64,000 nt of DNA from Candidatus Dojkabacteria bacterium (GTDB taxonomy: Bacteria > Patescibacteriota > Dojkabacteria > SC72). The notes beneath the pieces are model-generated. The model did no database searches, was not told the DNA's origin, and saw only the letters and a list, made by a program, of their open reading frames with translations. The position numbers and the translations under genes are program-made. Below are positions 1-9,491 of the stretch, piece by piece; positions within the stretch are counted from its first letter, which is position 1, and each line of letters opens with the position of its first letter. The DNA lies in contig DATERJ010000008.1 of the NCBI GenBank assembly GCA_035271645.1, forward strand, positions 1,051 to 65,050. The letters are read 5' to 3'.

Positions 1-198
1 CCAAAGATTGTAAGGAGGAAAAAGATAGAAGATACTTCACCTTTAGAAGAGGGTGAGGCAATAGAGAGGATGGAGATGTTAGGATATGATTTTTTCCTCT
101 TTAGAAACAAGAGAACAGATAGAGTATCAGCCGTATACAAAAGAAAAGATGGCTCATACGGAATTGTAGAGCCATCTTAAAATCTCTGCTTAATCTAT

Positions 199-1053
199 CT
201 ACTTAGCAGGCCTGTTAAACAGGTTTCTGGTAATCTGATTGATTGTTCCAAAGAATTTGTAGACAGGTTTCTCTCTAGAGTTATCTTGAATTGCATACTC
301 CTCTGTCTTGTTTAACAACCAATTCTGCTTCTCCTGTCCTACCATTTGAGCTATGTAATACTCAGTTGTCTTCTCTTTGAAAGTCTCATAATCAAGTTTC
401 TCACCTTCCTTTAGAGCATCAGTTTCTTTTGCAAACAATACATTACTGTACTGCTCAAAGAATGCCTTTACATCATCATCGCTATAGTTGATTGAAGGAC
501 CAATTAGCTTGGTATAGTACATATCAATTCTAATATTATCCTCAAGGTCCTTTAATTCATAGTTAGCAGCCTTCATTGCAGTATTAAATGCATCTTCTCC
601 TCCGATATCTTCCTTAATCTGTTCAACCCTCTCATCAATCTCCTCCTTTGTGACTTTAACATCAGCTTTCTTAGCTTCTAACATTACAATACTGTCGTTG
701 ATAAGGGATTCTGCAACTGCTTGTCCACTTACCTTTTCTAGTACTCTGTGCCATTCTGCTTTACTAATTCTTTTCCCATTAACAACAGCAACACTTCTTT
801 CATTCCTTACATACTGTACTGCATAGTCTGCAAGTACTACGACTAGGAATATACCGATTACAATGGTAACAATTTTTAGAATGGAACCTACAAGAGGATT
901 ACTGTTAAGCTTTTTAAGAATGGAATCCTTAAAGGATAATACCTTCTTCTTTGTAGTAGTTTTTTTAGTGACTGTTTTTTTCTTTGGAGTAGTCTTTTTC
1001 TCCACTTTTGGGGCGGTTTTCTTTTTGGAAACAATTTTCTTTGTTCTTGCCAT
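199..1053 (-). CDS. SurA_N/PpiD-like membrane-anchored chaperone domain protein (no PPIase domain visible)
   Basis: Lys-rich N-terminal tail, then one TM helix (LKIVTIVIGIFLVVVL), then a SurA-N-like region (VAVVNGKRISKAEWHRVLEKV...). Family call by motif resemblance. Confidence 0.55.
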   Translation of the reverse strand: MARTKKIVSKKKTAPKVEKKTTPKKKTVTKKTTTKKKVLSFKDSILKKLNSNPLVGSILKIVTIVIGIFLVVVLADYAVQYVRNERSVAVVNGKRISKAEWHRVLEKVSGQAVAESLINDSIVMLEAKKADVKVTKEEIDERVEQIKEDIGGEDAFNTAMKAANYELKDLEDNIRIDMYYTKLIGPSINYSDDDVKAFFEQYSNVLFAKETDALKEGEKLDYETFKEKTTEYYIAQMVGQEKQNWLLNKTEEYAIQDNSREKPVYKFFGTINQITRNLFNRPAK

Positions 1054-1128
1054 TAGAATTGATTAAATAAATTATATGTTAAGTAGTTTAACAAAATATT
1101 AGAGAATAGGGAAGGGGGTGGGGTTAAA

Positions 1129-1158
1129 TTGACTTAACACCCTATAGTGAGGTATAAT
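1129..1158 (+). promoter_or_regulatory. Near-consensus sigma70-type promoter, TTGACT - 18 nt - TATAAT
   Basis: ttgact at 1129-1134 and tataat at 1153-1158, in the intergenic region ahead of the plus-strand ORFs at 1358 and 1565. Confidence 0.5.
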
Positions 1159-1243
1159 GTAAGTAGGTATCTAGTAATAGATATACTGCTCGTTAAAAAT
1201 TAAGGTCTATACATTTTCTCCAACTTTTTTTAATATGTTTTAA

Positions 1244-1306
1244 TACCAACATTTAGGTACTTAGTTATATATACATACTAGGTGTTTGGATGTTGGTATT
1301 AACAAC
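1244..1306 (+). promoter_or_regulatory. Long leader hairpin (13-bp perfect inverted repeat ttaataccaacat / atgttggtattaa, about 37-nt loop)
   Basis: Seen directly in the sequence, downstream of the predicted promoter and upstream of the small ORF. Confidence 0.4.
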
Positions 1307-1325
1307 GAAAAAATTCAAAAAGATT

Positions 1326-1357
1326 AATTGCCTAATTAGGCAGAAAAGGAGATTGAA
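1326..1357 (+). promoter_or_regulatory. Duplicated pre-RBS element, copy 1: aattgccTAATTAGGCAgaaaaggagatt (perfect 14-bp palindrome TGCCTAATTAGGCA at 1329-1342, then a GGAG RBS)
   Basis: About 30 nt nearly identical to 1529-1564, each placed immediately before a start codon. Confidence 0.45.
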
Positions 1358-1528
1358 ATGGAAGGGAAACAATCTTTTTCCGAACGTATTTTGAACATAC
1401 CATTTTTTGAATGGTTCTTTGAAAAAGGCTTAGGCATGATTCTGTTTACTCTTGCCTGGATAGGTATGACTGTTTACTTTTTGCTAAGTCTTTTTGTTCT
1501 TACTGGATGGTTTCAGTGTTTATGGTAA
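1358..1528 (+). CDS. Small hydrophobic protein (56 aa, two predicted TM segments)
   Basis: ATG at 1358 sits 8 nt after an AGGAGA RBS. Hand translation gives MEGKQSFSERILNIPFFEWFFEKGLGMILFTLAWIGMTVYFLLSLFVLTGWFQCLW*. It is below the ORF-track size cutoff. Confidence 0.4.
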   Translation: MEGKQSFSERILNIPFFEWFFEKGLGMILFTLAWIGMTVYFLLSLFVLTGWFQCLW

Positions 1529-1564
1529 GTAAATTGCCTTGTTAGGCAGAAAAGGAGATTAAGA
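1529..1564 (+). promoter_or_regulatory. Duplicated pre-RBS element, copy 2: aattgccTTGTTAGGCAgaaaaggagatt (near-palindrome at 1535-1548)
   Basis: Second copy of the element seen at 1326-1357. Confidence 0.45.
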
Positions 1565-2494
1565 ATGCACGGATTTGACTTTAAAGACTGGTACAATCCC
1601 TTAGAAAGCTATCCCATGGGTGAGACACCTAAAATTAACACCTTTGGAGAAACCAGAGAAACTGCTGAGATAAATTATCTAATAGCCAGGGAAACATATA
1701 ATGTTTTTGCTCGGTACCTGAGAGCTTATGAAACAAAGGATCCATCTATTTTTGTAAAACAGAATTGGGATGGTCTTGGAGAAAGTATGGTACTTGGTGA
1801 TGGTGATTATGTTCCAATTACCACTCTGAGAAAAATTGTTGATGATACCTTAGAAAATGTTTTTGAAACAGGTGGTCGTTTGGCACAATTTCAGTGTTAC
1901 GCCAATACTCGTTTTACAAGAGAACACGCAGCAACAATGGATCCTCACGATTTGTTGGACTACTTCATAACAACGTCCTTTTACATCGAACCATCGTTGA
2001 AGATGATCGATGATTATATAAATTTCATTAAACCCAGGGATGAAAAATATTATTCAGATGACTATGTCAATAGATATGTTAGATTATTTGACAATTGTCT
2101 GAAATATATGCAGAATAAAAACACTCCCATACCCAATGAATTTGTCAATGGAGTTCTGAATTGTTTAAACGAGGGATGTCGTATCCCGAAATACAAACCT
2201 GAAGATTACCAGAACTGCAGTAGCTCTTCAGAGTCCTTTTGTAGATTAACTATAGCACTTGAGAACAAGATCAAGAATGCTATCTATATGAAATTTTCTG
2301 ATATAGAGTACAAGAAGGACTTGTACAAGGAATATTATGGTAAAACCGATGGTTTTATCTATGATGACAACTACTTGGAAGAAATTGGTTTTAATGCTTG
2401 GACTAAAAGTAAATCACGTAAGTCAAGAAACTTTGACAACGCTCTAAACTATCACCGCGCCTTGATTCACGAAGAGGAAACTCGAGTTGATTAA
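1565..2494 (+). CDS. Hypothetical protein (309 aa, Cys-containing), atypical CG-rich codon usage
   Basis: ORF with a good RBS. I recognise no family. It uses CGT/CGA/CGC Arg codons and more CpG than its neighbours. Confidence 0.55.
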   Translation: MHGFDFKDWYNPLESYPMGETPKINTFGETRETAEINYLIARETYNVFARYLRAYETKDPSIFVKQNWDGLGESMVLGDGDYVPITTLRKIVDDTLENVFETGGRLAQFQCYANTRFTREHAATMDPHDLLDYFITTSFYIEPSLKMIDDYINFIKPRDEKYYSDDYVNRYVRLFDNCLKYMQNKNTPIPNEFVNGVLNCLNEGCRIPKYKPEDYQNCSSSSESFCRLTIALENKIKNAIYMKFSDIEYKKDLYKEYYGKTDGFIYDDNYLEEIGFNAWTKSKSRKSRNFDNALNYHRALIHEEETRVD

Positions 2495-2515
2495 CATATA
2501 TAGACCTTAATCCAA

Positions 2516-2571
2516 AAGGATACCGTGGAACATATATATGTTCGCATTTAAATATGCAATACGGTATCCTT
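2516..2571. terminator. Intergenic hairpin between convergent genes (11-bp stem aaggataccgt / acggtatcctt)
   Basis: Inverted repeat seen directly, with nested small palindromes in the loop. No clear T-tract. Confidence 0.3.
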
Positions 2572-2607
2572 CCTAACCTTTTCACAAACATATTACAAAG
2601 AAAGTAC

Positions 2608-3903
2608 TTACTTCTGTAAGTGAAGATAACAACTTGTCCAACCATTTGGATGTCTGATGTACGCATACTCTCCACCATATCCATCAACAGCTTTGTAAAG
2701 AGTACCTTCCATAACTGCATAGATAGGTGCTCCAAAGTTTACACTCCTATCAAACTTGTATGAGATTAGGTCAATAGCATAACCTTGATGATAGTTCTGT
2801 GACATGATAACTGTTGGTCCTGCAATTGGCAATCTCCAAGAACCAGGGTGCATGTATGGCCATCTCCAACCATCCCATCCAGTAATCCACGAAGGACCTC
2901 CTTGAGTAAGGTATCCACTTAAAACAGGAATAGTTCCATAACAAGGATTACCTGAATGACTGCCTCTCATTGAGAAGTGTAAGTGAGCACCACTAGACCA
3001 TCCAGTATTACCCATTCTTCCAATCCATGTTCCTGCCTTCACATACCCTTTATTTGCTGCCTGATCTCCATACTTACCAATATATGCAATGATAGCTTGA
3101 TCTAACTCTTGAGCTTTCTTAAGATTCTGTTGATAAGTAGCCATCAATTGTGCCCCCTTTATCTCTGCTTGGGCTAATAGCGATTCTCTCTCCTTCTTCT
3201 GTGCATCTAATGCTAATTTCTCTTCACCTAACTTTACTCTTTCTGCTTCTACTTCATCTCTTTTTTCTTTAAGCTCTTCATTCTTCTCACTTAACTTACT
3301 CTCTTCTACTAACAAACTAGCTGTTTTACCTGCATATTCCTCTAAAGACTTTCTATCTTGTACTCTTGTCATCTCTAAATATTTAATTTTTCTCAAAATA
3401 TTAGAGATATTCTTAAAATCCAGTAGTAATTCAAATTGATTGATAAAAGAGTATTTGTATGATTCTGTAATCCTCTCATTTACCATACTACTTAGAACCT
3501 CTATCTCTTGCTTAAGAATGGAAATATCATCTTCCTTCTCTTTAATCTCTTTCTCTAACATACTAATCTCAATATCTGTTGCTGCGATTTCAATTTGTAA
3601 TTCTTTCACAGCCCTCTCTGTCTGAGCAATGAGGTTGTTTGTATATACAATCTTCTCTTCTAGTGACAATTTCTTGTATTCAATATCTTTTAATTGCTTT
3701 TGAATACTACCTTGTTTTTTTTGAATAATAGCCAATTGGTCTCTTAGATAGTCCAGACACTCTACCGAGCTAGGGTTCATGTATGAAGGACACTTAGCTT
3801 GTGCTACAACAGGTTCATGTTTGTATGCTAGCAATATGAAAAAAGAGAATAGTCCAACTAAGAATATTGATAGTATTGTATATATGTTTTTTCTTCTGTT
3901 CAT
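2608..3903 (-). CDS. M23 family peptidase with N-terminal coiled coil (EnvC-like murein hydrolase activator)
   Basis: Signal/TM segment, long coiled-coil region, C-terminal M23 motifs (GRMGNTGWSSGAHLHFSM). Immediately downstream of ftsE-ftsX. Confidence 0.8.
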   Translation of the reverse strand: MNRRKNIYTILSIFLVGLFSFFILLAYKHEPVVAQAKCPSYMNPSSVECLDYLRDQLAIIQKKQGSIQKQLKDIEYKKLSLEEKIVYTNNLIAQTERAVKELQIEIAATDIEISMLEKEIKEKEDDISILKQEIEVLSSMVNERITESYKYSFINQFELLLDFKNISNILRKIKYLEMTRVQDRKSLEEYAGKTASLLVEESKLSEKNEELKEKRDEVEAERVKLGEEKLALDAQKKERESLLAQAEIKGAQLMATYQQNLKKAQELDQAIIAYIGKYGDQAANKGYVKAGTWIGRMGNTGWSSGAHLHFSMRGSHSGNPCYGTIPVLSGYLTQGGPSWITGWDGWRWPYMHPGSWRLPIAGPTVIMSQNYHQGYAIDLISYKFDRSVNFGAPIYAVMEGTLYKAVDGYGGEYAYIRHPNGWTSCYLHLQK

Positions 3904-3905
3904 TC

Positions 3906-4832
3906 TTAATCTAAATATTTCTTAACTGCACTTAAACTACTAATCAATCCAATTAAAGCTCCTACACCTATATGTATTAACATATACAGAACAAAGAATG
4001 GAATATCAACAGGTTTAACAAAGAGTAATCCCAAATCTCTTAATGTCTGATTAAGCCAATATGAAAAGCCAGCATCTTTCATTAAAGAAGAAAGAATTAT
4101 GTAGAAGGGGATAATGAGGAGAGAAGAAGCAATCAATCCACCTAATGCACCATATATACTGCCTTCTAGAATATATGGTTTTGTGATGTACTGCTTAGGG
4201 CTTCCAACTAAGTTCATAACTTTAATTTCTTCCTTGTGAGCATTAATGTTAAACCCAATGGTAATCCTAATCAATGAAAAAGCAATTACCCCCAAAGCTG
4301 ATATTAAAACAACAGATGAGATTCTAATAATGTTGGAAATAGCCTTAAGAGTATTTACAACCCCCTTGAAGTATATGACATCATCTATGGAAGCGTTTGT
4401 TTCTCTCTCTTTGTTAATGCGTTCAATCATTGTCATTAAAGCATCTACCGATTTAGCTTTCAGTTCTAAACTTGGAGGAAGAGAATCTGCAGTAACTGTT
4501 GCTAAAAGGTCTGGATTATCTGCAAAATCTTCTTTGTATATACTCAAAGCTTCCTCCTGAGAGATATATGTAATACTTTCAACAAGCTTCTCATCATTGA
4601 GTCGCTCCTTCACAGCTAAAATATCACTCTCTTTTGTATCTCTCTTGAAGAAAACAATTACCTGTGCTCTCTTTTCATAGTAATCCACTCCCTTTTGAGC
4701 TACTATTCCCAACGATATGAAAAAAGAGGAGATTAACAATACAATGGATGTTACCATCACAGTAGAAACAGAGAGGACTTTATTCCTCTGCATATTCTTT
4801 TTAGTTACATCAAAGATTTTCTTAGATTTCAT
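3906..4832 (-). CDS. ftsX: Cell division ABC transporter permease FtsX
   Basis: About 300 aa, N-terminal TM, large periplasmic loop, three C-terminal TM segments. Position between ftsE and the M23 peptidase. Confidence 0.8.
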   Translation of the reverse strand: MKSKKIFDVTKKNMQRNKVLSVSTVMVTSIVLLISSFFISLGIVAQKGVDYYEKRAQVIVFFKRDTKESDILAVKERLNDEKLVESITYISQEEALSIYKEDFADNPDLLATVTADSLPPSLELKAKSVDALMTMIERINKERETNASIDDVIYFKGVVNTLKAISNIIRISSVVLISALGVIAFSLIRITIGFNINAHKEEIKVMNLVGSPKQYITKPYILEGSIYGALGGLIASSLLIIPFYIILSSLMKDAGFSYWLNQTLRDLGLLFVKPVDIPFFVLYMLIHIGVGALIGLISSLSAVKKYLD

Positions 4833-4833
4833 T

Positions 4834-5832
4834 TTACTTCTTTTTATTATTTAAATACTCTTTTAGGAATTTTTCCAAATCTTTTTTCTCTTTCTTAGTT
4901 ATCTTGAGATTATCCAAATCATCTTCTGTAAGGTTGAGGATTAAATCCATACTTGTAATTTTAGCCTTAAGGAACTTGGCTTTAGTTCCTTTATCTAAAC
5001 CATCCATTACTTTGTCATATACAACATTTTCACTCTCTGTTCTCTCCTCTAAATCATCATCTATCTTAATCCCAACTTCTTCTTCCTCTTTAGGTTTTTC
5101 TTCTGTCTTAATTTTTGTTTCTTTGACAGGTGGTTTCTTTATCGTGTCATAGTCTCCTTTGTTGTCAGATATTATCTTTCCACCCTCCATCCTTATGACC
5201 CTTGTCTTCATCTTGTTTACAAGCTCTCTATCATGTGAGATTACCATAACTGTTGTTCCTCCTCTGTTTATACTATTAAGAATATCTAATATTTGGAAAG
5301 AACTATCTGGGTCTAAGTTACCAGTAGGTTCATCAGCAACAAGAAACTCTGGATTATTAGCCAAAGCTCTTGCGATAGCACCTCTCTGTTGCTCACCACC
5401 TGAAAGTTGAGCTGGGAATAGGTCTCTTCTGTCTTGAAGTTTTACTAACTCTAGAAGGTAGTCAGTTGTTTCTTTAATCTCTTTCTCATCTTTTCCAATT
5501 ATTTCAAGAGCAAACCTAATATTCTCCTCAAGTGTTTTTGACTCAAGAAGCTTAATATCTTGAAATACAACCCCTAATTTCTGTCTGTATGTAGGAAGAA
5601 GCTTAGTAGGTAATTTTGTAACCTCAATATTCTCAAAGATAATATCACCTGAAGTGGGGAGTTCTTCTCTGATTAGTAACCTCAAGAGAGTGGTTTTTCC
5701 TGCACCTGATGGACCAACTAAGAATGTGAATTCTCCCTTGTTAATACTAAACGAAATATCCTCCAAAGCAGTTATGGAGTCAGTATATTTCTTTGTAACC
5801 TTGTCAAAAAGTAACATGGCAGTTTCATTCAT
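4834..5832 (-). CDS. ftsE: Cell division ATP-binding protein FtsE with a charged C-terminal extension of about 110 aa
   Basis: Walker A GPSGAGKTT, ABC signature LSGGEQQR, Walker B LVADEPTGNLD. The extra Lys/Glu/Asp-rich tail is not typical of FtsE. Confidence 0.85.
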   Translation of the reverse strand: MNETAMLLFDKVTKKYTDSITALEDISFSINKGEFTFLVGPSGAGKTTLLRLLIREELPTSGDIIFENIEVTKLPTKLLPTYRQKLGVVFQDIKLLESKTLEENIRFALEIIGKDEKEIKETTDYLLELVKLQDRRDLFPAQLSGGEQQRGAIARALANNPEFLVADEPTGNLDPDSSFQILDILNSINRGGTTVMVISHDRELVNKMKTRVIRMEGGKIISDNKGDYDTIKKPPVKETKIKTEEKPKEEEEVGIKIDDDLEERTESENVVYDKVMDGLDKGTKAKFLKAKITSMDLILNLTEDDLDNLKITKKEKKDLEKFLKEYLNNKKK

Positions 5833-5857
5833 ATTAATATTTTACCACATATATATA

Positions 5858-6943
5858 TTACCCCATTCTAATCTCTGCTTCAATGAACTCATCAAGATTC
5901 CCATCTAATACACTTTCTGGGTTACTAGACTCCACATTTGTTCTTAAATCTTTTACCATTTTGTATGGATGAAGCACATAGTTTCTAATTTGATTCCCCC
6001 AACCTGCAATTTTGTAGTCTCCTTTAATCTCAGATATCTCTTTCAATTGTTCATCCTCTTTGATTCTCCACAACTTAGCCTTGAGAATGTTCATAGCGCT
6101 CTCTCTGTTTTGTGCCTGACTTCTCTCTGAGGAAGAACTTACAGTTATACCAGTAGGAATATGTGTAATCTGAACAGCAGAGGATGTTTTGTTAACCTTC
6201 TGTCCACCCGGACCACTTGCTCTTACTGCCTTGAAATCAATATCTTTCTCTGGAATCTCAATATCTGTTTTCTCTTTTGCAAAAAGAGGTAATACTTCAA
6301 CCCCTGCAAATGTTGTTTGTCTAAGTCCTTGAGCATTGTATGGAGAGATTCTAACTAATCTATGAACGCCTTGCTCTTTCTTTAACATTCCAAAGGAGAG
6401 AGGTTGGGTGATCTCAATTGTAACGGTTGCAATTCCTACCTCACTGCCTTTTAGCATCTCTGTAATGGTATAGCTCCAGCCTTGTTTGTCAAAATACATG
6501 GTGTACATTCTAAAAAGCATCTCTGTCCAATCATTAGCTTCTGTACCACCTTGTCCAGCATATATTGTCATCATGGTAGGATATTGGTCATATTCTCCAG
6601 AAAGAAACTGTCTTAAGGAAAACTTTTCTAACTCGCCTTTTAGTCTTAGATACTCATCAATTAGTTTATTCTGTTCAGTTTCTTTTTCTATCGACAGGAA
6701 AAGCTCAACAAGAGAGTCAATATCTTTTTTCAGTCTCTGTACAGTATCAATCTCTTCTTGAAGATATGCAATTTTAGACATAACTAATTTTGCATTCTCT
6801 TGATCTTCCCAGAAATTACTCTCAAGACTTTCTTTTTCTAATTCCTCTAGTTGAATCTTTTTACTACTTAAATCAAGAGCTTGTACTGTTTGTACAATAT
6901 CTTTCTCTAAATCTTCTACATCTCTTTTACTTAATTCATTCAT
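5858..6943 (-). CDS. prfB: Peptide chain release factor 2
   Basis: GGQ motif (SGPGGQKVNKTSSAVQITHIP) and an SPY/SPF-type tripeptide (RISPYNAQG). One continuous reading frame. Confidence 0.85.
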   Translation of the reverse strand: MNELSKRDVEDLEKDIVQTVQALDLSSKKIQLEELEKESLESNFWEDQENAKLVMSKIAYLQEEIDTVQRLKKDIDSLVELFLSIEKETEQNKLIDEYLRLKGELEKFSLRQFLSGEYDQYPTMMTIYAGQGGTEANDWTEMLFRMYTMYFDKQGWSYTITEMLKGSEVGIATVTIEITQPLSFGMLKKEQGVHRLVRISPYNAQGLRQTTFAGVEVLPLFAKEKTDIEIPEKDIDFKAVRASGPGGQKVNKTSSAVQITHIPTGITVSSSSERSQAQNRESAMNILKAKLWRIKEDEQLKEISEIKGDYKIAGWGNQIRNYVLHPYKMVKDLRTNVESSNPESVLDGNLDEFIEAEIRMG

Positions 6944-6987
6944 TCCTGTATATTATATTCAACTTAATTTAATATATCCAGAAGTAC

Positions 6988-8640
6988 ATGTTTGGTTTTG
7001 GAGATGAGAAACAGACAGCAAGTAATGGTTTTAACGGTGTTTTGGATATTAGGAAGTTTGTAACTTTGATAATTCTTGATGGTTTCGGTGTATATCCTGA
7101 TGCAGAAGGGAATGCTGTTTGGGCTGCTAAGACACCTTTCTTGGATACAGTATGGACACAGGGGAGGTCAACTCTTGTGCATGCTGCAGGTACACATGTA
7201 GGTTTACCAGGTGAAGAACCGGGTAACTCAGAGGTTGGACATCTTAATCTTGGAGCTGGTCAGGTGGTCTATCAAACATTACCGAGGATAAATGATGCAA
7301 TTGCTTCTCATGAGCTAGATAACAGTCCCGTTATCAAAGAGATGTTTGCTTTCATTAGGAAGAATAACAGTAAGTTGCACTTAACTGGAGTGTTAAGTCC
7401 TGCTGGAGTTCATGGACATATTAAACATCTTTTTTCTTTTCTTGAACTTTGTGCTCAGAACAATATTGATCCATATATCCATGTAATGTTAGATGGAAGA
7501 GATACTCCTCCAAAGGATGGGCATATCTATGTTGAAAAATTGATGGCGAAGATAGATGAGTTGGGGGTAGGCAAAATTGCTTCTATCATGGGTAGATTCT
7601 ACGGAATGGATAGGGATAGTAGATGGGAGAGAACAAAATTGGCATATGATGCAATGGTAGGACTTTCTGAGGAAACATTTACAGACCCTATGGAAGTTGT
7701 ACAAAGAGGGTACAACAAGGGAGAAGATGACCAATTCTTTGTTCCAAGGGTATGTGTAGATGAAAATGGTGAACCTGTTGGTCCAGTTAGGACAGGTGAT
7801 GCAGTTCTCTTTTGGAACTTTAGGGAGGATAGGGCAAGGCAGTTGACAAAGGTTTTTGTTCTTAAGGATTTTCAAAGCTTTGTAAGAAGAAACTTCCCTG
7901 AACATATATATTTCGCTACTATGACAGGTTACGAAGAGAATCTTCCTGCAAATGTAGTCTTCCCACCTTTGAAGATTAAAAAGTCTCTCTCTGCAACTCT
8001 TGCAGAGGCAGGTAAAAAACAACTTCATGTTTCAGAAACAGAGAAATATATGCATGTGACATATTTCTTCAATGGTGGTATTGAAGAACCGCATGATGGA
8101 GAAATCTTTTTTAATGTTCCATCACCCAAGGTAGACAACTATGCAACTGTTCCAGAGATGAGTGCTTTAATTATTCGAGATGAAACAGTAAACAAGATTA
8201 GAAATATTGAAAAAAATCCCCTCGATTTTATCATCCTTAACTTTGCAAACCCAGATATGTTAGGACATACAGGGAACTTTAGGGCGACGATAAGGGGGAA
8301 TGAGATTGTGGACCAATGTTGTGCTGACATTACTAAAGCAACATTAGAGATGGGAGGCTCTGTTGTCATTACTGCAGACCATGGAAACTGTGAGACAATG
8401 ATAAACAGGGTGACTAAGGAGATAGATATTGCACATACAAATAATCCTGTACCACTGATATTGGTAAATGATATGAAGGAGATTATCCCCAAAGCAGGAA
8501 TACCAATGATTAAGGTGGGAACAGGTGATAATGCAAGGCCTACCGGTCTTCTTGCAGATATTGCACCAACAGTACTAGGTCTACTTGGTATGGAGATACC
8601 ATCAAATATGACAGGAGTAGATTTAAGGTCTGTTCTTTAG
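6988..8640 (+). CDS. gpmI: 2,3-bisphosphoglycerate-independent phosphoglycerate mutase
   Basis: 550 aa, iPGM-type N-terminus (LIILDGFG) and an overall iPGM-like sequence (family recognition). Confidence 0.85.
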   Translation: MFGFGDEKQTASNGFNGVLDIRKFVTLIILDGFGVYPDAEGNAVWAAKTPFLDTVWTQGRSTLVHAAGTHVGLPGEEPGNSEVGHLNLGAGQVVYQTLPRINDAIASHELDNSPVIKEMFAFIRKNNSKLHLTGVLSPAGVHGHIKHLFSFLELCAQNNIDPYIHVMLDGRDTPPKDGHIYVEKLMAKIDELGVGKIASIMGRFYGMDRDSRWERTKLAYDAMVGLSEETFTDPMEVVQRGYNKGEDDQFFVPRVCVDENGEPVGPVRTGDAVLFWNFREDRARQLTKVFVLKDFQSFVRRNFPEHIYFATMTGYEENLPANVVFPPLKIKKSLSATLAEAGKKQLHVSETEKYMHVTYFFNGGIEEPHDGEIFFNVPSPKVDNYATVPEMSALIIRDETVNKIRNIEKNPLDFIILNFANPDMLGHTGNFRATIRGNEIVDQCCADITKATLEMGGSVVITADHGNCETMINRVTKEIDIAHTNNPVPLILVNDMKEIIPKAGIPMIKVGTGDNARPTGLLADIAPTVLGLLGMEIPSNMTGVDLRSVL

Positions 8641-9443
8641 TAGAAGATAATCAACAACAAGATTCCTAAGATAATTCTGTAGATGCCAAATACTGTTAAC
8701 CAGTTTCTTTTCTTCACTTTCTTCAAGAGTAGTAGAGTTAGTAATCCAACGATTAAGGTAGAAAGAAATATGATTCCAAATCCTAAAAGAGGTGAAGAAA
8801 TACCAGTAGCTAAGATTGTTTCTTTGATAGGGTATTCTCTTAAGAGTAAAAGGAAAGCCCCTAACAGTACAGGAATACTTAAAACAAAAGAGAATTTTAA
8901 TGCAACATATTTTTCTAACCCACTTAATATTCCTGCAATCGTTGTAATACCAGATCTGGAAGTACCAGGGATAAGGGCAATGGCTTGAGAGAAACCAATG
9001 ATAACAGCTTGTTTCCATGTAATCTTCTCTATATCAGAAACCTCTTGCTTGTCACTCTTTTCTCCCTTCTTTCTATTTTCTAAAACAATCATTACAATCC
9101 CCCATACAATGAGTGAGAGTGCAATAATCCAGATACTTCTTAATTTCTCAGAGATGAAATCATCCAAAAAGAAACCTGTTAAAGCTGCAGGGATAGTGGC
9201 AACGAAAACTTTGAGATAGAAAGTCCATTTCTCTTTCTTGAGGAAGTTTTTAAATAGCTTTTTTCCATAGAACAGTAAAATTGCAACGGTAGTTCCAAGA
9301 TGAAAAAGAACAAGTAGAGATGATGAGATTGTCCCCATGTTTAAGACTTTACCTAACATCAAAATGTGACCGGTACTAGATATTGGTAGTAGTTCTGTAA
9401 TACCTTGAACTATTCCAATTATCAGCAATTTCAAACTCTCCAT
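8637..9443 (-). CDS. uppP: Undecaprenyl-diphosphatase (UppP/BacA)
   Basis: N-terminal GITELLPISSTGH motif and a polytopic membrane protein of about 270 aa. Confidence 0.85.
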   Translation of the reverse strand: MESLKLLIIGIVQGITELLPISSTGHILMLGKVLNMGTISSSLLVLFHLGTTVAILLFYGKKLFKNFLKKEKWTFYLKVFVATIPAALTGFFLDDFISEKLRSIWIIALSLIVWGIVMIVLENRKKGEKSDKQEVSDIEKITWKQAVIIGFSQAIALIPGTSRSGITTIAGILSGLEKYVALKFSFVLSIPVLLGAFLLLLREYPIKETILATGISSPLLGFGIIFLSTLIVGLLTLLLLKKVKKRNWLTVFGIYRIILGILLLIIFY

Positions 9444-9491
9444 ATATTTGTACTATGATAAACTAACACATTATGATAATATTAGCATAGT

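Noticed and set aside
863-1066. Numerous antisense or overlapping track ORFs, for example 863-1066, 2403-2735, 3440-3625, 4246-4560, 4904-5152, 5159-5410, 6486-6761, 7489-8028, 8683-9018, 10494-11174, 13541-13810, 14162-14620, 15018-15524, 15546-16001, 18303-18929, 19388-19804 and 23197-23508
   Set aside because: They are shadow ORFs lying entirely within, and antisense or out of frame to, confidently identified genes. They are low-complexity and lack an RBS.
5858-6943. Programmed +1 frameshift in prfB
   Set aside because: The reading frame is continuous from Met1, so no recoding is needed.
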